From Candidatus Cloacimonadota bacterium (GTDB lineage: Bacteria > Cloacimonadota > Cloacimonadia > Cloacimonadales > TCS61): a stretch of DNA of 60,517 bases. Every line of letters begins with the position of its first letter. The first letter of the stretch is position 1. The translations under genes and the position numbers were made by a program. This document shows positions 27,378-34,697 of the stretch, piece after piece. Location: positions 1 to 60,517 of the forward strand of contig JAGLPW010000107.1 in NCBI GenBank assembly GCA_023137125.1, in the 5' to 3' direction. The notes under the pieces were generated by a model. The model did not search any database. It saw only the letters and a list, made by a program, of their open reading frames with translations, and had not been told where the DNA came from.

Positions 27378-27463
27378 ACGGCGGGTAACATAAGTAGAAA
27401 CATAATAGAAGTTAGATATATGTGATTCATAAAAAAAGATTATTAAACAATTGGAGGGAAAAA

Positions 27464-28633
27464 ATGAAACGTTTTTTTGTAGTAATTACATTTTTTTTAA
27501 TATCTTTAAATGTATTCTCACAAATTCCAGATAATATTATTAGAGATGATGAAATTTTGGTAGAACAATTCGTAGATGATTGGCAGGCTGAGAATTGGAT
27601 ATACGATGAACATCATATTTACGAGTATAATGATGAAAATTTGCTGTCAGAATATACAATAATGAAATTCATAGATGATGAATGGCACAATAGTAAATTA
27701 CGGACTTATACCTACGATCCAGATGGATTATTAACAGAAATGATAGTTTTCAATACTTCTTATGGAGAATGGATTAATTACCAAAAATATACTTATGCTT
27801 ATTTCGAAAACAATCTGTTAAGTGAATATATTTACAGTATGTGGGAAAATGATTTATGGGAAGCAAGATATCGACACCAGTATATTTATAATGATAATCA
27901 ATTATTAATAAAGCATTATAGGGATGAATGGACAGGCTCAGGATGGCATGCAGAATATGGTAATTGGTTTTCATATAATTCGAATGAAGAATTAATTGAG
28001 GATTTAGCAAAAAGGTGGATTGGGTACTGGACAAATAATAGTCGTCATGAATATAGTTACAATTCTCATGGGGATTGTGAGACTTATCTTTTTTTCATTT
28101 GGGATGATGAATTCTATGAATGGTGGTTAATGAATGATTATTTCTATGAATACGAATATGAAAATAACATAAAGATTACAAAAACTACTTCATATTATTC
28201 AAATTATGATAATAAAGAAGTTTACTCTTATAATATCAATGGTAATCTTATAGAAACAATACAACAGGATTGGTCTTCAGGAACATGGATAAATGACGCA
28301 CGTATTTCTTCAATTTATGAAACTACACATGTTTATGAATATGAAATTGTAAATCAAAAGAATACAATCAATGTTTTTCCAAATCCATTCAATCCATTAA
28401 CAACAATAGAGTTTTCTATCTACAACGATTCAAAAGTTGAACTTACAATATACAACATAAAAGGCCAAAAAATTAAAACCTTAGCTCAAAATGAATTTAC
28501 AAAAGGTTTACATTCAATTATTTGGAATGGTGATGATGAATTGAATAATCCTGTTAGTTCAGGAACCTATTTCTACAAATTAAATATAAATGGTAAAACT
28601 GAAGCAGTCAAGAAGTGTTTGCTTTTAAAATGA
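27464..28633 (+). CDS. Hypothetical secreted W/Y/E-rich protein with T9SS C-terminal domain (cassette 2)
   Basis: Start taken at MKRFFVV (GGAGGG RBS); the listed ORF starts at GTG 27422. C-terminal VFPNPFNPLTTIEFSI...CLLLK. Confidence 0.7.
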   Translation: MKRFFVVITFFLISLNVFSQIPDNIIRDDEILVEQFVDDWQAENWIYDEHHIYEYNDENLLSEYTIMKFIDDEWHNSKLRTYTYDPDGLLTEMIVFNTSYGEWINYQKYTYAYFENNLLSEYIYSMWENDLWEARYRHQYIYNDNQLLIKHYRDEWTGSGWHAEYGNWFSYNSNEELIEDLAKRWIGYWTNNSRHEYSYNSHGDCETYLFFIWDDEFYEWWLMNDYFYEYEYENNIKITKTTSYYSNYDNKEVYSYNINGNLIETIQQDWSSGTWINDARISSIYETTHVYEYEIVNQKNTINVFPNPFNPLTTIEFSIYNDSKVELTIYNIKGQKIKTLAQNEFTKGLHSIIWNGDDELNNPVSSGTYFYKLNINGKTEAVKKCLLLK

Positions 28634-28642
28634 TAGAGATGT

Positions 28643-28692
28643 TGCTAACAAGCGTGTCAGTTTAGTTTCACTGCACACGCAGAACATTAGCA
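28643..28692 (+). repeat. attC-like site 2 (50 nt, short type)
   Basis: TGCTAAC-aag-cgtgtcag-tttagtttca-ctgcacacg-cagaac-ATTAGCA. Confidence 0.8.
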
Positions 28693-28719
28693 GAAATAGT
28701 GTAATAATCAGGAGATATT

Positions 28720-29478
28720 ATGATTGATTTCCAGCAAAAAATGCTTGAAGAACTCAACAAAGATTACAAGTTCTATTTAGGTGAACATCATATAGAATTA
28801 TTTTTACAGAAATATAAAACTCCAGAATTGACTAAAGATGATGTTCTTAATTTATTAGGTGACTTGCTATCAAGAAATTTAATTTACACTAATATTTGTA
28901 ATCGTATGTCAAATAATTGGTTTTATGTTTTATCTCCAAAAGGTAAAATATCATTAAATTCAGGTGATTATGACCCTTACAATGAAACAAGTTATATTAC
29001 ACATCTTGAAAGTGAAATTCCAAATATATCCGAAGATGTTTTAATTTATACTAAAGAATCAATAAAAAGTTTTAACAATCAATGTTATCTTGCAAGTGCA
29101 GTAATGATTGGTGTTGCTTCTGAATGTGCATTTAACGAAATGCTTTTAAACTTTTCATCTTGGCTAAAAGCTGGTAAAGAAAAAACAAAATTCTTAGGTT
29201 TTCAAAATAATTCGAGGATTATGTTTATAAACAAATTCATAGATTTTAGAAAATCAATACAAGTCAGAAAAACACAATTACCTAAGGATTTATCTGACAA
29301 TATGGCTTTAACTTTTGATGCAATATTAGATTTATTGCGAATTTATCGAAATGAGTCTGGTCATCCAACAGGAAAATTTATATCTCACAATAGTGCATTT
29401 CTAAACCTAAATATGTTTGCTCGATACTTACAGAAACTTTATTTGTTTAGGGATTTTTTTTATGTTAATAAAGAATAA
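28720..29478 (+). CDS. Hypothetical protein with HEPN-like Rx4H motif (cassette 3)
   Basis: AGGAG RBS. All-alpha-looking sequence. C-terminal LLRIYRNESGHPTG contains R-x4-H with N after the R. Confidence 0.5.
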   Translation: MIDFQQKMLEELNKDYKFYLGEHHIELFLQKYKTPELTKDDVLNLLGDLLSRNLIYTNICNRMSNNWFYVLSPKGKISLNSGDYDPYNETSYITHLESEIPNISEDVLIYTKESIKSFNNQCYLASAVMIGVASECAFNEMLLNFSSWLKAGKEKTKFLGFQNNSRIMFINKFIDFRKSIQVRKTQLPKDLSDNMALTFDAILDLLRIYRNESGHPTGKFISHNSAFLNLNMFARYLQKLYLFRDFFYVNKE

Positions 29479-29490
29479 TAGAATGACTTC

Positions 29491-29614
29491 TGCTAACAAA
29501 CGTGTCAGCGGTTCAGTCTGTCGGTGCTCTTTGCCTGAATCGTTCCGATTCAGGGTTTAGCGGTTTGTACGGGCTGAATCATTCTGATTCCACCGCACAC
29601 GCCAAACATTAGCT
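29491..29614 (+). repeat. attC-like site 3 (124 nt)
   Basis: TGCTAAC-aaa-cgtgtCAgcgg ... cctgaatcgttccgattcagg ... ggctgaatcattctgattcc-accgcacacg-ccaaac-ATTAGCT. Confidence 0.8.
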
Positions 29615-29647
29615 GAAATTATGTAATTGTTTAAAGATGGTGAATTA

Positions 29648-31606
29648 ATGAATAGAATTAAGTTTTATAGTCCTTCTGATATGTCTGTGGGACACAATCT
29701 TGAGCGAGCATTTGAAATTATAAAAAGTTTTGATTTTAATAGAGATGATTATGGTATAAATGAAATCATTGAGTTTTATAATATTAGCTGTTATATTGAT
29801 AATAACTTATTTTTAACGAGCTGGTCAAAAAGTGACTTAGAAGAAATTAAGATAGTTACAAAACAATATAAGATACTTCTAAGTAAAATTTACAATAATA
29901 TTAGTGATGATAATTTAAGTAATCTATTTAAGAATGTAGAAAGAAATTATACTGATAACTTTTGGGAACTATTTAATAAATATAAGGTTTATAAAAATAT
30001 AACAGAGAAAGAATTCGAAATAATATTAAATGATCTGAACCCTTCATTATTTGAGCTTCTCCAAAACAAACATTTAATAAACTATTTTGAAGTCTCTATC
30101 AGAAACTACATATTGTCTGATTCTAAGAATGCTGAAATATTATTAGATAAGTATGAAGTAAAAAATATGTTTGGAGAAACAAAAATATATTTCCCAAATA
30201 AACTTACTAATAAAGATAAAGAATTAGTAATTCATCAATATATTGATAGTGAGAATGCAAATCTAAATTATCTTAGACTAATTGAGAATATACAGAGCAG
30301 AAAAGATTTATTGGAAATTTCAGACAGAACTCGACTAAAGGCAAAAAAAGTAATTCAAATAAAAAATGAAGAGTTTTTTAAGATAAATGCGGGAATGAAA
30401 TTTGGCATTTCTGTACAATTTCGAGAAGATCAGGAAATTGAACTTGTAGAAAAGAAGGTTGGCAGTATCCTTAAATATTCATATAGTTCAAAGTGGATAC
30501 AAACAAACAATGATTATAGTACTTTGCTCAATAATTTTGTTCATTTGTTCAATTATACAGATTTACAAATGCGCATATCTTTGGTTAGTAAGCCAAATGA
30601 ACTTGGTTTATTTGAAAAGCATATAGGTCTCCAATCTCAGAGCGCATACGTAACAGGTTTAGTTTACTCTCAAAAAAACAATTTATCTATTCTTCAATTA
30701 ATTGGTTATTCTCATCAATTAGAAATAATGGATATTAGCATTGAAAAATTAATTGAGTGGTTTTTTAAAGAGTATCTTCTAAATGAATTCAATATAAAAA
30801 ACTATAGAATAACATTGCCTTCAAATAACTCGAAATTTTTAGAAAAATGTAGAGCAATCCTCCCCGAAATTGAAAGTGTTTTAAAGCAATTCAATTTATT
30901 TATTGAGGATGGTGAGATAAATCAGGAATTGTTTCAAATGTCTTCTGGTCATCTTCTTTTTAGTAATTGTAAAAGCTTAATTGATAAAAAATATATTTAC
31001 CCTCGTGAAGGTGATTTTGTACGAATTTCTTATTACTTTTTTTCAGACCAATGTATGTTAGCTTACGTAAAAAGAATAGAAGATAAATATTCCAATTTTT
31101 TTGAACTTCTTATAAAAGAGTCTATTTATTTTGAAGATTATCCTGAATATCTTAAACCCGATCTAAAATGGTTACTAGAGAACGAATATATAACAATAAA
31201 TGAAAACAAAGAATTAATGTTTTCTAATTTTCTACAAATATTCATTTTAAAAGATTTATATGATAATGAAGTTATTAATTATTGGAATAAATCATCAAAA
31301 TATCAAATTGAAATTGATAAATTATTAAAAAATGGCTTATTTAAATCAGAAAGTTCTTTGTTTTCTAAACCTGAACAAGATTATTTTAATTATCATTTAA
31401 ATAAATCCAAGTTCAACAATTCGTTGGATTTAAGAAATATGTATAGTCACGGCACTCAGCCAAATGATGAAGATGATAATGAAAAACACCAAAACCACTA
31501 TTTGATTTTTCTAAAACTCTTTATTTTATTAATCATCAAAATTAATGATGAGTGTTGCATAGTAAATAACCCTAACTATTTAAAAAAAGATTCAAGTAAT
31601 GAGTAA
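29648..31606 (+). CDS. Large hypothetical protein with C-terminal HEPN-like Rx4H motif (cassette 4)
   Basis: Start taken at MNRIKFY (GGTGA upstream); the listed ORF starts at TTG 29627. Near the C-terminus, SLDLRNMYSHGTQP contains R-x4-H. Confidence 0.5.
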   Translation: MNRIKFYSPSDMSVGHNLERAFEIIKSFDFNRDDYGINEIIEFYNISCYIDNNLFLTSWSKSDLEEIKIVTKQYKILLSKIYNNISDDNLSNLFKNVERNYTDNFWELFNKYKVYKNITEKEFEIILNDLNPSLFELLQNKHLINYFEVSIRNYILSDSKNAEILLDKYEVKNMFGETKIYFPNKLTNKDKELVIHQYIDSENANLNYLRLIENIQSRKDLLEISDRTRLKAKKVIQIKNEEFFKINAGMKFGISVQFREDQEIELVEKKVGSILKYSYSSKWIQTNNDYSTLLNNFVHLFNYTDLQMRISLVSKPNELGLFEKHIGLQSQSAYVTGLVYSQKNNLSILQLIGYSHQLEIMDISIEKLIEWFFKEYLLNEFNIKNYRITLPSNNSKFLEKCRAILPEIESVLKQFNLFIEDGEINQELFQMSSGHLLFSNCKSLIDKKYIYPREGDFVRISYYFFSDQCMLAYVKRIEDKYSNFFELLIKESIYFEDYPEYLKPDLKWLLENEYITINENKELMFSNFLQIFILKDLYDNEVINYWNKSSKYQIEIDKLLKNGLFKSESSLFSKPEQDYFNYHLNKSKFNNSLDLRNMYSHGTQPNDEDDNEKHQNHYLIFLKLFILLIIKINDECCIVNNPNYLKKDSSNE

Positions 31607-31632
31607 GGTTAATTTCTTATATAATAAAATTC

Positions 31633-31716
31633 AGCTAACAAACGTGTCAGCGGGTAAGCTGGGTGGTTTGTTTGGGCTGAATCGTACCGATTCAGGGTTT
31701 GGTCGGTTTGTTTTGG
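31633..31716 (+). repeat. attC-like site 4, truncated (5' arm and first internal hairpin only)
   Basis: AGCTAAC-aaa-cgtgtcagcgg ... ggctgaatcgtaccgattcagg-gtttggtcggtttg. Homology to site 3 then stops, and there is no ccgcacacg...ATTA arm. Confidence 0.65.
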
Positions 31717-31828
31717 ACGTGATTGTATTCTTAAAGAGAATATATAAAGGCAAGGACAGAAAATATTCTGTTTTTGTTGTTTTTGTATAGATTTCACAAC
31801 GATTTTCACAACGATTATAGAATTACTA

Positions 31829-31873
31829 CAAAAAAAATATGGCACAACTCATCATCTGTGAATAAGTTATGCC
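31829..31873 (-). terminator. Rho-independent terminator of the tRNA operon
   Basis: The minus strand reads GGCATAACTTATTCACAGATGATGAGTTGTGCC, then ATATTTTTTTTG, immediately after tRNA-His. Confidence 0.6.
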
Positions 31874-31881
31874 AATAACTA

Positions 31882-31957
31882 TGGGGTGGATGATGGGATT
31901 TGAACCCACAACGCCCGGAACCACAATCCGGTGCTCTACCGTTGAACTACACCCACC
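31882..31957 (-). tRNA. tRNA-His (GTG)
   Basis: The reverse complement reads GGTGGGTGTAGTTCAACGGTAGAGCACCGGATTGTGGTTCCGGGCGTTGTGGGTTCAAATCCCATCATCCACCCCA. Cloverleaf folds by hand, G(-1):C73 is present, and CCA is encoded. Confidence 0.9.
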
Positions 31958-31967
31958 ATAAAAAAAA

Positions 31968-32044
31968 TGGCACGCCAAAAGGGATTCGAACCCCTGACCT
32001 ACGGATTAGAAATCCGTTGCTCTATCCAACTGAGCTATTGGCGC
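31968..32044 (-). tRNA. tRNA-Arg (TCT)
   Basis: The reverse complement reads GCGCCAATAGCTCAGTTGGATAGAGCAACGGATTTCTAATCCGT...GGTTCGAATCCC...GGCGTGCCA. Anticodon loop TTTCTAA. Confidence 0.9.
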
Positions 32045-32055
32045 ATCCTAAAATT

Positions 32056-32132
32056 TGGTAGCGGCGCAGGGACTTGAACCCCGGACACTCGGATTATGAT
32101 TCCGATGCTCTAACCAACTGAGCTACGCCGCC
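32056..32132 (-). tRNA. tRNA with CAT anticodon (elongator Met or Ile2/lysidine)
   Basis: The reverse complement reads GGCGGCGTAGCTCAGTTGGTTAGAGCATCGGAATCATAATCCGA...GGTTCAAGTCCC...CGCCGCTACCA. The acceptor stem is fully paired. Confidence 0.85.
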
Positions 32133-32256
32133 AATTTTGTATTAAGGATTAGATTTTGGCAATGATCTTCAAATTACTAATTAAAAATTCTACCAAACTG
32201 CCCCTTTACACATTAAATAATTATTTATATAAAGATCAATTAAGACCATTAAAAAA

Positions 32257-32333
<77 letters not shown>

Positions 32334-32450
32334 TCAACAGGTAGCAAATAATTTTATTCACCTATTCCATGTCAAGAAAAAGATAAACAGAAATGTCTTG
32401 ACGGAATTATAATAATATCGGCTCTTCCAAATAGGAGAAAAAGATAAAAT

Positions 32451-33935
32451 ATGTTTAATGAAATAATAATAAATTATGGTCAATTTGAGAAGAGAATTGC
32501 TCTTCTTGAAGATAATAGATTGGTCGAGCTTTTTGCTGAAAAAAAAGAACATCAAATACTTGTTGGTAACATCTACGTTGGGATAGTGAAAAATGTGCTA
32601 CCCGGGATGGGTGCTGCTTTTATTGATATTGGTCTTGCACGAACAGCCTTTTTACATTTTACAGATATAGATTCTTTGACGTTAAATAAAACTAAGAAAA
32701 AGATCTTTGCAAAACGAAAATCATCTGATATTGGAAAAATTCTTACGATAGGACAAGAAATAGTAGTTCAAGTGAAAAAAGAACCCATCCTAAAAAAGGG
32801 TGCCCGTGTAACAGGGAAACTTTCAATTCCTGGTAAATTTCTCGTATTTATGCCGGGAGAAAAAAAGGTGGCAATTTCTAGAAAGATATCCTCCGCAGCT
32901 GAAAGAGTCAGAATCAAGAAAATACTTAAAAAAATTAAAGATAAAGATGTAGGAATAATTGTAAGAACAGATACTGAAAGTATTAATGAGGAAGATTTTA
33001 AAAGGGAATATGTTGGAATCGAAAGGACTTGGAAATTAATCAGTAAACAAGCAAAGCATGCTAAACCACCCATATGCATTTATGATGAAAACGATCTTTC
33101 CTATTCTCTTGTTCGTGATATTTTCAATTCATCGATAGACCGAATGGTTGTTGATGACAAAAAAATGAAGAATAGGGTTGTATCTAAGTTAAAAGAGATC
33201 GCTCCGGAATTAATTAACAGGATTGAGTTATATCAAGAAGATTCCCCTATATTCAATGCTTATGGAATAGAAAAAGAGATTGGGAATATCTTTAAATCGA
33301 GAGTTAATCTCCCCAGTGGTGGCAATATCACGATCCAACAAACTGAAGCACTTGTTGCTATTGATGTAAATACGGGCAGCTTTACCGGGAAAGATAACTA
33401 TGAAAAAACAATCACAAAAACAAACTTGGAAGCAGCCATTGAGGCTGCATTACAAATTCGTTTACGAGACCTCAGTGGCATCATGGTAATTGATTTTATC
33501 GACATGAAAAATGAGAAAGATAGGAATAAGGTTTATGCTGCATTAAAAAAATCTTTAATAAGAGATAGAGCTAAACACAAGATATACCCTTTTAGCCCTT
33601 TAGGTTTGATAGAAATTTCACGTAAAAGGACACGCCCCAGTTTACTACTCAGTTATTCTGAGCAGTGTCCACACTGCCACGGCACGGGTCGCCTTCTGTC
33701 TAGAGATTCTATAGCTGTACAAATTTCCCGCTGGCTAAAACGAGCAAGTTACTTTATACAAAAAGAGAGTCTTACAATTAAAGTTCATAAAAATGTAAAA
33801 AAATTCATTGATGAGAATCCTAGTTTCTTTGATGATATTCAGAATTCAATTAAATTCACATCGGATAGTGGATTGGATTTTGATAGGTTCAGGGTTTTCT
33901 CAACTAAAACAAATAAGGAATTTACAAATGAATAA
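32451..33935 (+). CDS. rng: Ribonuclease G/E family
   Basis: N-terminal S1 domain (GNIYVGIVKNVLPGMGAAFIDIG). Catalytic-core DVNTG and the zinc-link CPHCHGTG. Confidence 0.85.
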   Translation: MFNEIIINYGQFEKRIALLEDNRLVELFAEKKEHQILVGNIYVGIVKNVLPGMGAAFIDIGLARTAFLHFTDIDSLTLNKTKKKIFAKRKSSDIGKILTIGQEIVVQVKKEPILKKGARVTGKLSIPGKFLVFMPGEKKVAISRKISSAAERVRIKKILKKIKDKDVGIIVRTDTESINEEDFKREYVGIERTWKLISKQAKHAKPPICIYDENDLSYSLVRDIFNSSIDRMVVDDKKMKNRVVSKLKEIAPELINRIELYQEDSPIFNAYGIEKEIGNIFKSRVNLPSGGNITIQQTEALVAIDVNTGSFTGKDNYEKTITKTNLEAAIEAALQIRLRDLSGIMVIDFIDMKNEKDRNKVYAALKKSLIRDRAKHKIYPFSPLGLIEISRKRTRPSLLLSYSEQCPHCHGTGRLLSRDSIAVQISRWLKRASYFIQKESLTIKVHKNVKKFIDENPSFFDDIQNSIKFTSDSGLDFDRFRVFSTKTNKEFTNE

Positions 33936-34020
33936 GTTAGAGTATAATATGCTTGACAATAAAACTGCTCAAAATTTCTTAGATATTCTCATTATGAATT
34001 GGTAGTTAGAAGGAGATTAA

Positions 34021-34335
34021 ATGTACGCAATAGTAGATTTTAAAGGAACTCAGTTCAGGGTCGAAAAAGACCTAACAATAAAAGTTCCATACATGAGTGA
34101 ACTTGAAGTTGGAGCAGAAATAGAAATGCAAAACGTATTACTTTTGCATACTGACGACAATACCGTTATTGGAACTCCAACTGTAAAAAACGCAAAAGTT
34201 CTTGCTGAGATCATAAGTCATCTTAAAGACAAAAAAGTCATCGTTTTTAAGAAAAAGCGAAGAAAGGGTTATGAAAAGAAGCAAGGTCATAGACAAAATT
34301 ATACCGAAATAAAAATTAAGGATATTATTAAATAA
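34021..34335 (+). CDS. rplU: 50S ribosomal protein L21
   Basis: MYAIVDFKGTQFRVEKD..., 104 aa, GGAG RBS. Confidence 0.95.
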   Translation: MYAIVDFKGTQFRVEKDLTIKVPYMSELEVGAEIEMQNVLLLHTDDNTVIGTPTVKNAKVLAEIISHLKDKKVIVFKKKRRKGYEKKQGHRQNYTEIKIKDIIK

Positions 34336-34344
34336 GGGGGTAAC

Positions 34345-34605
34345 ATGGCACATAAGAAAGGTGTTGGTAGCAGTAAAAATGGAAGAGACAGTAACCCTCA
34401 ATATCTTGGTGTGAAAAAATATGGTGGTCAGAAGGTTTTGGCCGGCAATATCATCATTCGCCAAAGAGGAACTAGAATCCATACAGGTGAAAATGTTGGT
34501 ATTGGAAATGACTACACCATTTTCAGTTTGATTGAAGGTTTTGTAAAATATGAAACTAAAAAGGCCGGACGAAAATTCGTCAGTGTCTATCCAGATAGAA
34601 TTTAG
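34345..34605 (+). CDS. rpmA: 50S ribosomal protein L27
   Basis: [29 protein letters not shown]... Confidence 0.95.
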   Translation: MAHKKGVGSSKNGRDSNPQYLGVKKYGGQKVLAGNIIIRQRGTRIHTGENVGIGNDYTIFSLIEGFVKYETKKAGRKFVSVYPDRI

Positions 34606-34623
34606 TTTATATCGAAATAATTG

Positions 34624-34648
34624 AAGCAGCTCAGGCTGCTTTTTTTTA
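34624..34648 (+). terminator. Rho-independent terminator after rpmA
   Basis: aagcagc-tcag-gctgctt followed by a T7 run. Confidence 0.7.
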
Positions 34649-34697
34649 TCCCAAAATTTGATTTTTTGCATATTAATTTATTATGTTGGAGGAAATC

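Larger units (their letters stand above)
25628..31716 (+). mobile_element. Integron-like gene-cassette array A (5 cassettes; no integrase in window)
   Basis: Five units each end in an attC-like site. Each unit's 5' end is the reverse complement of its own site's 5' box (see findings). Confidence 0.8.

Noticed and set aside
27122-27430. 102-aa minus-strand ORF. Related cases are 31599-31790 (+) and 31609-31845 (-).
   Set aside because: All of them read through attC-like repeats. Their amino-acid similarity would be a repeat artefact.
25995-31716. Possibility that the repeated palindromes form a CRISPR array
   Set aside because: The repeats are 50-128 nt, imperfect and only about 60-80 percent alike. 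The spacers are 0.5-2 kb and contain genes, and no cas genes are present.
34138-34671. 177-aa minus-strand ORF
   Set aside because: It overlaps rplU and rpmA on the opposite strand.
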